A stretch of DNA of 64,000 nucleotides from Octopus sinensis (Eukaryota), in the NCBI RefSeq assembly GCF_006345805.1, contig NC_043012.1:52452001-52516000 (forward strand), read 5' to 3'. Shown here piece by piece: positions 27,588 through 41,607 of this stretch; the stretch's first letter is position 1; each line of letters starts with the position of its first letter. The translations under genes and the position numbers were made by a program. Under the pieces are notes generated by a model. It was not told where the DNA came from and did not search any database. It was given only the letters and a program-made list of their open reading frames with translations.

Positions 27588-27962
27588 TATACGAGCAAAA
27601 TTTCCCCTGTCCAATGGACGGTGCTGAGTTGTCAAACATTTAAACCAAATTTTGTTAAAACAACTTGTCCGACCGTCCCATAGGCCTCCTCTTTGAGAAA
27701 CACTGACTTAACCTAAATTTGAGACACCAGCAAAAGAAGAAATAACGATAGACTTTTTCTATTCCAAAGAAAAACGATTTCCCACGGCTTTATCGATCGC
27801 ATTCTCACCGGTAATCGATTTTTGTAATTTTTTTCAAGACTTATACAGGCCCTCATACCGTCGGTATCTACATATCAAATTTGAGCGCAATCGGAGAGAG
27901 GATGCCCAAGATCCTAGAAGACACACACACAGACAGACAGAACAGATCTTATAAAATATATA
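27588..27962 (+). mobile_element. Possible non-autonomous Helitron/Helentron (DINE-1-like) element
   Basis: Short subterminal inverted repeat GGACGGT/ACCGTCC, CAAATTTGAGCGCAATCGG motif, (CAGA)n, then A/T-rich end. Confidence 0.4.
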
Positions 27963-28700
27963 ATTTGCGTTGGACAAAGCATATCTCTAAAATTGTCAAG
28001 AAGGCCGAGGGTGTCTTGGCATCACTCAGCAAGACTTTTGTTAGCCGCTCTCCAGCCATCTATGTAAAGCTGTATACAGCTATGGTACGACCACACTTGG
28101 AATTCGCATCATCAGTTTGGAACCCCTATCTTGCTCAGAACATTGACATCCTGGAATCTGTTCAGAGACGTGCAACCAAAAGCATACCCTCCATCAGACG
28201 CCTACCATACTCTGAGCGTCTTGTTTCCCTGGGCATGGATTCATTGAAGCTCCGGCATCTGGCGATGGACTTGGTAAACACCCACAAAATTACCAACCAC
28301 CTCACCAACAACAACACTGCACACCTTTTTGATCTCCATGTGTCCAACACACTTGGACATATCTACAAAGTTAGAAAACAGCACAGCTCCCATGACTTTC
28401 GAAAACATTTTTTCACGCTCAGAGTTGCTGAAGCATGGAACAAACTGCCTGCGTCAGTTGTTGGTTGCCATGACACTGCATCCTTTAAGGCTCTCATGCT
28501 TTCCGAAATCCGCCGAAACTACACCTGATTGTCCCCCTTCCATACTCATACACATATGTGTATGTCATGACTCATGCACTGTTCTTTTCCTGACGCTTGT
28601 ACATTACCCTATGTACTATACATACACTTTAGATGAGTTGTAGTGCACCTGAGCACTGTACACAATGTTTTATTAATATTATTATTTTATTATTATATAT
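27963..28700 (+). mobile_element. 5'-truncated CR1-group LINE: ORF2 C-terminus, 3'UTR and (TTA)n tail
   Basis: LYTAMVRPHLEFASSVWNPY..ILESVQRRATK..YSERL..FFTLRVAEAWNKLP are characteristic CR1-group RT C-terminal motifs; frame open to the stop at 28528. Confidence 0.92.
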
Positions 28701-29374
28701 ATATTGTTTTATGAAACGTGGCAAACAGAGTAAGTCATATATTTTTAAAACCCAAATCAGCCGTCACTCACAAGTGAATATACAATGCCAGCATGCAGTG
28801 TACTTTCGCTAAGCGTTTTAGATTCTCATTTTGTCCTAAAACACTTGATATATTGAAACATCCGGCATGCGATATTCATAGTTCATCTGAATCGATCCGA
28901 GCAAAGTGAAATGAAATACCTTGAAGATACAATGTAGTACCCATCTGAGAATCAACCCTATGGCTTTATAACGAGGCAATTATTAGCACGTTATTGCAAT
29001 GAAATATAAACTTGAGAGAATGCAATAACTCATACGCTTCTTTATGTTTACCTTATATGGAGAGAAGGACACTGTGACATGCCTGTAATCAACGAATCTC
29101 TACATTGTTGAGGGAGATTTTTGCCTTTTTACTTTTACATGCGAGCTCAATTTCAACCCATAGCAATAGGTTTATATAAAAGAATAGCGTTCGTTCTAGC
29201 CTTCGCTCTTATGGATACTAATACTGGCCTAATTCTAGAATTTCGATGCAATAGGTTAGAGATATAATATTCATTTATAACTCATGTCAACCTTCGTTTC
29301 TTAAGCGATGATTACGCGTTTGTATCATTAACCTGTTTATTAAACTTTATATTTTAGTAATATCTTTTAGCATT

Positions 29375-29580
29375 TACATGTTTCAGTCATTAGACTGTGG
29401 CCATGCCGGGACACAGCCTTGAAGGATTTTTAGTCGAATGAACCGACCCCTGCATTTATTGTATTTTAAAGTTTAGTACTTATTCTATCGTTACCTTTTG
29501 ACGAACCGCTAAGTAAATACACCAGCACCGCTTATCAAGCAATGGTGGGCAATCAAAGACACACTGAAAGACACATACAC
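29375..29580 (-). mobile_element. 3' half of SINE family B
   Basis: GTTTCAGTCATTAGACTGTGGCCATGC tail; GAACCGCTAAG..CACCAGCACC. Confidence 0.78.
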
Positions 29581-29719
29581 ATGTCTGTTCTCCTGTTCGC
29601 TCTCTTATTTATTTATACGGGCCCTCACATGTCGTATAGACGGTGCCGAAGAAGGTTCACATACACCGGGCCAGTCCAACTGCAGGCCACCACAAGACCA
29701 GAGATTCAAGATACGTTTG

Positions 29720-30136
29720 GAATCTTTTAAGTTTGAACGGCAGTTTTTTCTAGCGGTGTCATATGAAATTGTCACCCATAATTATGATTTTAGTATCGAT
29801 CTATTGCATTTCAATCTATTTTAGGGTTAGGGTTAGAGGTGGGGGCAAGGGTATCTTTTTTTTCTTCACAAATGTAAATAAACCCAATCTGTTCCTTAAA
29901 CGAGGGACATATTCATACGGCACAGAATGTTGTTTACCATAATGGACGTCAGTGATTAGTTGAAATTGCAGAAATTGAAGAAAAAAACAGCAAATATCTT
30001 ATAAACTATACAATTATCTCAATAAAGCCAAGAGAAAAAGATATTTTATGAACACATTCTACCAGTATACGAAGTTTAAAATTTTTTAGTAACCTAGAAA
30101 TTATGTTAAAAACTGCCGTTCAAACCGAAAAGATCC
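29720..30136 (+). mobile_element. MITE copy 2
   Basis: Same TIRs and internal sequence as 19765-20183; TSD TACGTTTG at 29712-29719 and 30137-30144. Confidence 0.93.
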
Positions 30137-33100
30137 TACGTTTGACTTTATTATTTCTTATAAACATTCTCCTAAGGCTGAACTACGTTCTAATTCAGTT
30201 ATCGATGTCTCTGTTAAATCAGATAAGACACCACTTTTGAGCTCTGTGTCTGTCTATTTATCTGTCACAATATGCGCACATATATATATATGTACATATC
30301 TATGTATGTGTGTTTGTTTTGTCTGTTTATGTATCTGACGCTCCGTGTGAATGTGTGTGTCACCAAGTGGCCTTGTAGAAATTTTTCGTTTACAGTGTTT
30401 TTATTTTCTTTCAGCCTCGCAGCTATTCAAGAACATTAACTGCGGACATACGCCTGTGGGCGCTACATACAGAGACATACCTCTAACTTAATTCCATATA
30501 AAACACTAATGAATGACAATAGGTCAAGACTTCTGAAGAATGTCTTATTCAGACGAAATGAATGATTACATTGCGTACGATGGTGACAGCGATAACGGTG
30601 ATAATGATCATAGTGTAATGATTGGTATGCATAATTCGCTGTTTACGTCAAAAATATCAGTATAGCATGTACGATACTTAGTTACGTTCTATTCATTATC
30701 CATCCTCACACCAGAAACTGGGTTTATCTCAATTTTCTTCGTGTTATGCCATTCAGAAACGAATACACAAATTTATTGACGTTTTGCCCATCAGAAAATA
30801 GGAAAGTTGTTTGCTCATCATGGTAGAGATGATATGGTTTTACCAAATGCAATATTGATTTAGTTCTGCATGTATCAGGAAAAAAAAAATCTGCTGAAAG
30901 TGTTTATATATTTTTCGGCAGGAAATTTAATTTTGAATTGCTTAAATTCACTCTGCTGTTATAAAGAAATAGCAGTTGATTGTCAAATGTAATGTTGGCG
31001 CCCTATCCAGGGAGCCATTTGTCTTACAATCGCTTCATGACCTGAAATTAAAATACTTTCATGGCTCAGGAAACATTCACTATTTACTCATTGTTGTATT
31101 TAATGTTGAATTCCTACCATGCAAACAATTTTCAGCTTTATGCTCTAGGCTATTCAGATATGAGTCTGTATCAAGGATATAAACTACACTGAATTTTGAA
31201 TGGATGATAAATCAGCATCTAAATGACTTGTTTTATCTCGACTACTAGTAATGTGCTCTAACCTTTCAGAAACGGTGAGAAAACCTGTCTAATTGTGATA
31301 TTTAGTGTATTGTTGTGTAGATAACAAGTTCTGGTGATATTTGACAACCTCTTGTAGAATTATCGACAATACTAAAGCTAATTGACCAGCAAACCATATG
31401 CGTTTATGATTAATGTTAACCATGGGAAATTCAGAAAGGTTCACCTATACAGTGATTGCATCCTAATTATGTAACATTGATAACCTCTCAATAATATATC
31501 TAATATAGAATTGGCCAACAGCATAAGTCTTCATTTTGTTTGAAAATTAAGTGGATACTCTTGGGAAAGGTTAAACGCAGTTGTTTTAGAGTTCCTCCAC
31601 TATTCGTATATTTCTAAATCTAAACACAATAACAAAGATAAAGTAAATAAAGGCTATACTAGCTATGAGACTCTAATTATGATCTGTCGGTTGCGGGTTC
31701 GTATAGAACCTAAGGCAGCTTACTTTCTGTTTTTTTTTACATAGCTTGAATACATCTTATAAATATTGAACAAAAGAAAATATTTAAGGAAAATGATATC
31801 AAGTATTTGCTTCAGACGGTGATACCTCGTATACGCAAAAGCTTCATATCTTGAACATAAAATTCTGATTTTACTCTACGTTGCAAAACTATAGCTAACA
31901 GAAATTCTGAAGGAAGTTAATCAATGTCAATGGCACGAGCTCATCCAATAATATAGTTTTTGGTAGATTTTTGATAATGCTACAGTGCTACTACAGAACC
32001 AACAGAAACAATAACTACAGTTCTTCTAAGACAGTGAAGTATGATTTTAAAAAGACTTGTTGATATATCCACCAAACTAGATTGGGAAATCTCACAGATA
32101 TTCATTTTTTGATTAAAGAACAAAAAGTAGCTAGAATATTTTTTGATGATAGTTCTCTGAACAGGATTTACCTGACATTAAGTAATATGAATTTGGTTGT
32201 AAGTTGTAGCCGCTAGGGGTCTGTATTGTCACATCAGATTCTAGCAATAACCATCATTTTATGCCTCACTACTTTGAACAATGCCGGATACATTAGATAA
32301 TGTAGACTGGAATAAGTTTACATGGACTGATAGAATGCCCTTCACAATCATTTTGCTTAATAATTGTTGATCTAGGAATACACGAATCATTCCAACTGAT
32401 CTAGGGATCGGCTAGATCCCACAAGATTAATATAGCTGATAGTTATGTCAGGTAGAATTTGTGATATTGCGTCTAGGGTAGCACAACAAATGTTCTAACA
32501 TTTATATTAAATTATTTGTGAAGGACAAAAGCACCGAAGCGCCCTATAGGAAAAAGTATTTTAAACATATCTAATGACCGTAAATGTAAACGCAAAACAG
32601 GATAGTTATTTCAAAAATTCTCATGGACCTCATTTTTCTTTTTACTTGTGTAGAATAGATTAGGAGTAAAATGAACTGATGCCATAAAACCTCAGCGAGC
32701 CTACAGTTGCGACATCAATTTCGATGCAAATATCAATTTATATAATGTAGAAAGCGTAAGAGTCGAGGTTCCTCTAGATTTCCAGGCTTTAAGCTGAGAT
32801 TTTAAGTCTGAATGGAGTAGACTTAAAATCACCAGATACCACTGGTATTCTTTTTTCTCTGTGTATTGAAGTCATGTTAAATGAAGCGCTTTGCTTAAAG
32901 GCAGAACACATCACCTGGTCCAAAATTCGAGCCCTGCGACTTAACGATCATATGTCCAACACATAAACCATTAAGCTAAGCACATTTACCTTTTTTTTTT
33001 ATCTAATATTACATGAGCCAATAGGTGTCTGTTTCCAAGGCAATGAAATTTAATTTGAGGGAACTTATTGTCTGCTGTTTCTAGCAGGTAAAACTGCAAT

Positions 33101-33504
33101 ATAGACGCTCGTTTGTTGACTCAGCTTTCAGAGCCTTATGCGTTGCAAGCGGTGGATTATCAAGAGCATATAACACCACATACTTCGTCTATCCGCATAT
33201 ATTTCATTCAAACAAATATGTTAATAGGATAATTCTAAGCATTATGCTTTAAATATATTTAAACAAGAGGAAAACGAGGAATTGCCGTCTTTATGACGAG
33301 TGCCATATCATCAGATTGTAAATTGATTACTCACTAGTTGTGACATCGAAACCATTGCATGTAGTTGCCGACTTTGAAAGCCTTACACTAAATTTTCATT
33401 GTTCCGTTCCACTTAACTGTTAAGAATATGACTATATGTTAGGCTTTTCAAACAATACTTACTACAAAGCAACGCCTAGTACTGCAGCGGCTTCATTACT
33501 CACT

Positions 33505-33900
33505 GATTTTTTATTACCCACAAGGGGCGACGGAGAGGGGACATTACAAAACATTGGGGACATAGAAAATTATAATTAATAATATGAAACATGCATTTTA
33601 AATGAAAAAAATGGTAATATGAAAGCGATGCTAACGGCCCCATCCGCGCATCACTTACCTGTCCTTCGTACCCTATCATCCATTGTTCTCCCCAATTTCA
33701 ATACACGTATCCCCCAAGTCCATCGCATATTTTTCTTTAAACTCATTCTTTGTCTTTTTCCAACTTCCCACTCCTCCACTTTCACATTTCTATTTTCACA
33801 CCTCACTAACAGTTCATCTATTTCTTCCTTCTTCACCATTGCATATTTCCAATCCCCCTGTTCATACCCTGGATAACCCTCTAATATGTCCTTAATGTCC
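33505..33900 (-). mobile_element. Unclassified retroposon 3' end sharing the SINE-A tail-1 terminus
   Basis: Minus strand ends GTCCCCTCTCCGTCGCCCCTTGTGGGTAATAAAAAAT, versus SINE-A GTCCCCTCT..TAGCCCCTTGTGGG(T/C)A(G/A)TAAAGAAAT; preceded by purine-rich coding-like sequence. Confidence 0.5.
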
Positions 33901-34254
33901 TATGATAGTAATATTTATGAAATTTTTATAATGCGAAAGCTTATTTGCTTACAAAAGGGATTTGGTAAACCGTCATGTTCAGCATTTCTTTTAAGGGTGT
34001 TTAAAGGTGTTAACCAGAAGAAAAATAATATCGAAGATTTAAAATTCTATTATCAGTATCGGTTTATTTGTCTTTAACTTAAACGTTCAACTGCATCATG
34101 AACGAGCTGCACGTGAGTATTTTAGTTTCTGTTTAAGCATAAAGATTCCGTATTTTAACGTTGGTGACAGAAAATGTTTCAATGGATTAGAAATTTTGGC
34201 TTGACCGGGTTCTTTCTGTTCTTCCAGAACATTTTTAATACCACAGTATGTAAA

Positions 34255-34468
34255 TATTGGCTTCAAATTTTGGTACAAGGTCAGCAAATACCAGGAAGTA
34301 GGTATCACATAGACTCCACTGTTTAACTTGTGCTTATTTTATCGATTCCGAGAATACGAAAGGCAATGTCGACCACGGCGCAATTTGAACGTAGAACGTA
34401 AAGACCGACGTAATATCGTTAAGTGTGTTTTCCCCAGTGTGCTAACGATTTTACCAGCTCACCGCTTT
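34255..34468 (-). mobile_element. SINE family A (degenerate, tail type 2)
   Basis: CAAATTTTGGTACAAGG tail, GAAAGGCAATGTCGACCACGGCG core. Confidence 0.8.
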
Positions 34469-35994
34469 ACAGTGTGCAAATATTAAGGTCACTAAAGTGT
34501 TATTAGAAATATTATTGTTCTCACATCTTTCAAATATGTCAAATATCTCATATTTGAAATAATTGTGTTGAGATCATATAGAAGTGTATACGTTCCATCT
34601 GAAATGGTCTGTTCTTGATACCTTAGCAGAATCGTGTCCTTTTATTTATGGATGTCAATAAAAAACGTGTCAACAGTGTTACCTCCATGTGGTTATCCGA
34701 CCTGCAAGAGGTAACTGCTAGCTCGTCCTCAAATCCCTCTCTAGCGTCTTGAAAAGTACCGTACACTCTAAACAAAATAGTCCTTGATGTACAAAAAGAT
34801 AGACGTTCTTGCCTAGTAGGTCTTTTATAATGCTCGATTGAGACTCATCTAGACCTAGATAGCAACATAAAATGCATGGATATTTATTTAGTTTGTTGTT
34901 CTTTCTCCACTCGCCACAAAAAATCTTTCATATTTGGAAGGACGAACTTTAAGTTGCGGCGTTGGCCTTTAACTCGCGACATTAAACACAGGAAAATAGT
35001 TCATTTTGATAATAAATAAAATACAATTGTATTATGCTTTAACTGAGAAACGTTGAACTGTGGTAGTGATGCCTTACTCAACATTATTATTGGTCCAAGT
35101 AAAATGAATTAATATGAGATGAAAATAGAAACCGCAGCGCCAAATCGTGTTTATTTTATCGTTTCTCTCACACATACAGGAGAGACTTTTGACATAGACG
35201 TGCTAATATTTCAAGTTCCATTTCAACACGCTGCTTTCATTCTTTAAAACTTCCACGCAAATTTAATTTAAAGTTTGCTTACAATTTTCATTTTAACCCT
35301 TTTAATATCATTTTTTCTGGGGGAGACATTGCTTTTAATCTTTGTTTGGCTTCGATAATGACTGATAAGAAATATATCTAATAATGCAGCAATTAGCATT
35401 AAATTTCGTAAACAGAAAAGTGCCTTTGATTATATATTTATCGGAGAATCTATCAACTAGACCTTACTATGCTATCAAATTCATGCTGTAATTGTGTCCA
35501 TTTTTATCTGACTTCTTCCCAAACGGCCGATAATTGCTTCGTTAATAACTTCCGGTCTTATAACCTTTTGGCAACATTGCAAACTGCCTTCCCTTATAGA
35601 TACCATCTTTGTGATTAATATATTATTTTCTCATCAAAAGTACTAGCTTCAGTTAATTGCCGCTGCCAGCACATCCGATCTGCATTTATATAGCATTTAA
35701 TGTGTGATGCCACAGCGTGAAAGGAATTTAACATGATGCATCTTTCACAACTAAATGGCAATCCGTATCACATTCTCTGGATTCGTCTTTGGAAGACCTT
35801 AGATAAAAATCACCGTTCAGTGACATAAAAGCTGCTCTTTCCGACGGTAGTGAGTAAGGTTTATGAATACATAGAAAATATTGTACGCTACGTTTAAGAA
35901 ATATATGCAACCTATCACGTGTTAAGCAGGCTATGTGCTTAAACCAGACTTCGTGCTTCATTTGTTTCTTCGTTTATCTGTTTGGAAAGTAATG

Positions 35995-36670
35995 AGACAC
36001 ACACACACACACACGCTCGCCCACATATACATACACATTTACATATCGCATTATACATACACGCTCACACACACACATACATAAACTTATCAACACGTGC
36101 ACACACAATGTGTATATATAATATATATATATATATATTATATACATACATGCATATATATATATATATATATATATACATACATGCATATATATATATA
36201 CATACATGCATATATATATATATAATACATGCATATATATATATACATACATGCATACATATATATATAATATACATGCATACATATATATATATATATA
36301 CAATATATATATACACATATATATATATACATATATATATACACATATATATATATATATACATATATATATACGCATATATAAATACACATATATATAT
36401 ATACATATATATATACACACATATATATACATATATATATACACATATATATATATATATACATATACATATAATATATACATATATATATACATATATA
36501 TATATACATACATATATACATTATATACATATATATATACACATTATATATATAATATATTACATATATATACACACATATATATATACATACATATACA
36601 CATATATATACATATATATATATATATACATATATATATACATATATATACATATATACATAATATACAT

Positions 36671-36704
<34 letters not shown>

Positions 36705-36784
36705 AACATATATATATATATATACATATATATTAACATATATATATAAACATTATATATACATATATGTATATATATACATAT

Positions 36785-36862
<78 letters not shown>
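35995..36862. repeat. ~870 bp (CA)n/(TA)n/(TACA)n compound microsatellite
   Basis: Direct reading. Confidence 0.95.
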
Positions 36863-36866
<4 letters not shown>

Positions 36867-37814
36867 CTATTTTGTTTGTCTTCGACATTCCCATTCTTCT
36901 TTTTCATTGTAGTTTCGCGTTATTTCTTCTCTTCCTGTATATGGTCCTAATTCCTTCTTAATTCTTTGGTTTTTGCTCCCATATTGGTTTGTCATCACCC
37001 ACTCCGTCTCTTCAATTATTTCTTCTTTGAAATCATATTTAATCTCTACAACAACTTCCTCTTTCATCTTCATTGAATTTCACTAAGCAAGTTATAATGA
37101 AATGAAAACAAATTATGGCGCTATTACATAGCCCCTTGGCCTGAAATATGCCCTTGTTAGATATCCCTGAAAACACATCATTATCTTCAAAATAAAAATT
37201 AGAAACATAAGTATATGATTCTATATTCTCCTAAAAAAAAAAAGAGATAGTTACAGATGGAATGTGTTTAGAGATATTTTTGATAGGGGCTGGCAGATGG
37301 CAAGCAAACTTCAATCATGGCTCTTTAATGCGTTATGTAATTTGCCTAAGAATTCCAAATTATAATTTTCCCGAACAATTCCAAATTGTTTTCATATATT
37401 ACAGCCATAGTAACAACTGTATATTAAATGGTTACTAGTTTCTTTTTTAATGATACCTACATCACATACGTTTACATTAACTCTGCTTTTGTTTACACAT
37501 ACAGATATATTACCACCAAGGAATTAGTTCTCTGCAAACATGTACTTTCTCTACCTTTTACTGTATATTCATGACCGATAATTTTACTTTTGATTAAACA
37601 GCATACACCCTAACGTTTTGGGGCCATCGTGCTTTGTATCACAGAGTACTCTACATTGCCGATTTCATTGTAAATATTTAATTTATCTTCCCTCGCAGTC
37701 ACCCTTTCAAAGGAAGTGGAAGGAGCCTTAACCTTATATTGTTCAATCTTCATAGCAAATTCTTCTGCGAAATCGAACACTTGTATGGAATATTTTTTTT
37801 ACTTTTCCAGATTA

Positions 37815-39240
37815 TCTGCTGTTTATTCAAATTCCGGATTTCCCATAGCAAGGCCCTTTTCCCAATATCAAAGGCCTTGGTTAATTCGATGACTACCTGA
37901 ACAAGATCCATATTCTGCTCCTGTCTCTTCTCCTGCATGCGACTTCTGTCATAATCATATCCATCGTCCCTCTATCAGATTGGAAGCCACATTGAGATTC
38001 AAATACCTCATTTACGAGACACCTATTCAAGCGGTTAAGAAGAATATTTGCCAGGTCCTTGCCAGCAGCTGATAGTAGAAGAATACCTCTGTAGTTACCA
38101 CACATTATACTGGCTCCTTTTCCTTTATAGAGAGGAAGAATAATTGCATCCTTCCAGCCCTTAGGCGTTGCATCATCCCTCCAGACTACACTAATAAGTT
38201 CATGAAGTGACTGTATGATGTAATCACCACAAAATCACAAGATCTCAGCCCAAATTCCATCCCTTCCAGGTGACCTATCAAAATTCAATTTACTTATTGC
38301 TATTAGTACCTCATCTATTGAGGTCTTGGAATTTAATGATAGGTTTTCGTTGCATAGTATTAATCACTGTTGCATTCAAAACTGACACATGGTTTAGGAG
38401 TTCAGAAAAGTCTTCAATACAGGAAACCTCCCCTGCCACCGGGTGAGCAGTGCCCTCTCCAAATGGAGCTGCTCAGACACCCATGCAGCAACCAAATTCT
38501 ATCACCGACAAGGAGACGACTTTATATCTAGCATGGGCCGCCTACGTGCAGGTCGCAGACTAAATGCTTCCAACCCGTCAGGTCTGCATCTTTCGCCACA
38601 GGACTTGTGAATAAAATTAGAATATATACTAAAAATAAAATACATATATACTGAAAATAAAATAAATAAATATCTGTATAAGGAAAAAAAATTAAATAAA
38701 AGCAACACATATCGAGCAGAGTTTTAGGTCCAATAAGGCTTGCATGACACCTCATAGACCCTCTCCACTCTATTGACATTATCCAGAGACAAGTCAGAGC
38801 AAGACGTCTGGTGCCAATAAGAATCGGAGGCTCAGGTATGTGGGAGCACCATGATCTCAAGCACAAACCAAAGATCCTCAAAATGTCCAATGCCATTCCC
38901 TACATATCTGGTTTTAAATCAGAGTGACCTTCTCCTATAGACATGCTTCAACAGAAGCTGAGGTGTGCCTCACTCTCAGTGGTCTTCTAGCACGCCGGAC
39001 CCCCCCCCCCGGATTTTGCGTACCCGCGTTATTGCTAGATAGCTGTTGAGCCTGCGCTATGTTCATCCGACTTTTTTGCAGATCTTTTTTAAAATCCCGC
39101 TGGGTTTCTTGCAACCGTCCTCACCAGGATAGCCTTGTAGGGATGCCGGTTTGGTCACCGGCAACCCGACCATGCAACATGTTGTACTGGATTCCATGTT
39201 ACCAGTGGCATTTATGAGAGGCTCATAAGTGACCTGACAT
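37815..39240 (-). mobile_element. Internally deleted RTE-clade LINE: 5'UTR (~38420-39240) joined to a degenerate RT fragment (~37815-38410)
   Basis: CGNYRGILLLSAAGK.LANILLNRL..ESQCGF..RGTMDMI and QEK.QEQNMDL....ELTKAFD are RTE RT motifs; upstream RTE-type UTR blocks CTGCACGTAGGCGGCCC and GGAGAGGGCACTGCTCACCC. Confidence 0.85.
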
Positions 39241-40446
39241 ATTTTGTCGTACATATATACATAAGTACACACATGCAATATACAGAAAGATAGATAGTTG
39301 GATAGATAGATAGACAGAGACACAGGTAGACAGACAGACAGACAGAGAGGGAGGCAGACAACCAAACACACAGACAGGACCATATCCATACAGGCAAACA
39401 TACATGCACGCACACATACCCACACACAAGTACATACACAGGGACACACACACGCACACACATACGTATCAGCTATGATTGTGCAATACGACCATACCCA
39501 AACGTGCCACAGAAGTATATAATAGATTGTTTACTGTTTAAAAAAAGCTCTCGGTGAAGTGTAGATGGATCAACATTGCAAATTTTTCGCAAATTTACTC
39601 TCATTAGATCACCTTATTCTGACAATAAAACTATGAAAATAAGAAAAAGAAAGCAATAGTTATACCATTATTAGTGCCACTTAACAAACGGTATCCCTGA
39701 CAATGTAGCTATTGTCTGCCAAATTATTTCTAATTCTTCTATTAACCAGCTGCATCCGGCTTAAAGATTTTCTTAAAGAAGTCGCGTGGGAAAAAGTGTC
39801 TGCGGTGTGAAGAACTCGGAGAAAATATATAATATATAAAAATAAACCAGCAACAAAAAATAACATTATCGAAATAAATTTGCACATTATAGTGCTATTT
39901 CTCTCCTTTAGATGTTGATCACTGTTGCATGACGGGAAGTTTTAAAAAGTTAGATATCAACAAGACTGCTCTCACGTGATTACAGAGAAAGACATCTGCT
40001 GCCATTGTTTTCTTTCGCTTTGTTATCTTCTTTTACTGAACCCATTCTTTGTCGAATCGGAAGCCATTCAACTTTCGTGACTTTGCGAATAGAAGCCAAA
40101 ATACTAAAACATCGACTTCTATCGAATTATATTTTTGTCGTCCATTCCTTTGTAGGTGATTCTTTATTTCTTGAATCAATTACTATGTTTAAGGACTCTA
40201 GTAGATAGCTCAATAATGGAAGGATCAATCGGAAGTAAGATTCATTTTTGTTGTTAGTTTCTTATTTATATATTTATCCTATGTATTTTTTATTATGTTT
40301 TTCGTTTTTGTTTTTTGTTCGCTTTCTTTTAGAAATTCTGCCATACTGACTTCATGTTTCCATTTTGGATATTTCACACTTTCGTCTTATAAACCTAAAG
40401 ATTTGTTACACGAAATACTATTTAATAGTAATACTAAACCTATAGA

Positions 40447-40652
40447 AGACGGCAAGCTGGCAGAATCGTTAGCACGCCGGCCAAAATGCTTAGCGGCATT
40501 TCGTCCGTCTTTACGTTTTGAGTTCAAATTCCTCCGTAGACGTCTTTGCTTTTCATCCGTTCGAGGACGGTGAAATAAGTACTAGCTGAACACTGGGGTC
40601 GATGTAATCAACTTACTCTTTGCCCGAAAAGTGCCAAAATTTGAAGCCAATA
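40447..40652 (+). mobile_element. SINE family A, tail type 2
   Basis: GGCAAGCTGGCAGAATCGTTAGCACGCCGG head; GTGCCAAAATTTGAAGCCAAT tail. Confidence 0.85.
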
Positions 40653-41607
40653 TTAAGTATATAAACAACTAAATTACGTTACTTCTATGTAAAACAAGCT
40701 CTCTTTTCCTCTGACGTATCAGCGCGCCGGTTTCACTTCAATCAGGAATCGCTTTTCATTAAATAGACTGTTAATGCCAGGACCCAACAACATAGCAAAA
40801 ATATGGGTATCACTCAGTCTCAATTATCTTCTCCATAAAATTCTGTTTCTGTGCCAAAAGTAGGATATGATTATAGTTTTGGCAACAGTTTTGATCCTAA
40901 GACCAGTTGGAAAAGTCATCCTTCCTAATAATTAAATACACGAACACATTACGATAATTATTATTATTAGCATCATAATTATTTTATTGTTACTATAATT
41001 ATTATTATCTACGCTTTCTTATTATCTGCTTATGAATATATGCCACGACATAGATCAGTGATCATTTCACAGGAATTTGGCCAAAGGCATCGATACCAAT
41101 AAGCAGTAATTAAAAATAATAGAAAGAATGAATAATAAATTCTGTGTGCGTGTGTGTATGTATGTGTGCGTGTATGTGTGTGTGCATGTATGTGTGTGCG
41201 TGTATGCGTGTGTGTATATGTCTAATTATTGGCAAACACAATGCTTACACAAAGAAATCAATATAAAAATTTTGCGCAAACAAAAAGTCTCAATAAATTA
41301 GATAATGAATAAATTCTCGCATACTGAGAAAGACGAGATGGTTACGATTGGAAAGGCTTTGATCATAGGACTGCTCAGTTTATATTGATCTCAAGGTTAA
41401 CAACAAAAAGAGTTACAGCTATAGCGAAACAGGAAGAGGGGTAGCCGACACATTCAGTGAGCCATCCAAAGTGTTACTGCACAGAGTATAAAGATACTTT
41501 TGTGTGGGCAAAATTTGCTTTTGTATATGTAGGCATGTACCTATGTATACACATATGCATGAATGTATGCATTCATGTATGTATGTATGCATGTATGTAT
41601 GTATGTA

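Noticed and set aside
27881-28528. 215 aa host gene
   Set aside because: Starts at TTG; the first ~27 codons come from the adjacent repeat and the rest is a truncated CR1 ORF2.
30400-30490. Acceptor-like TTTTCTTTCAG followed by a short open frame (similar site near 4725-4753)
   Set aside because: No matching donor or recognisable protein; cannot be supported without RNA data.
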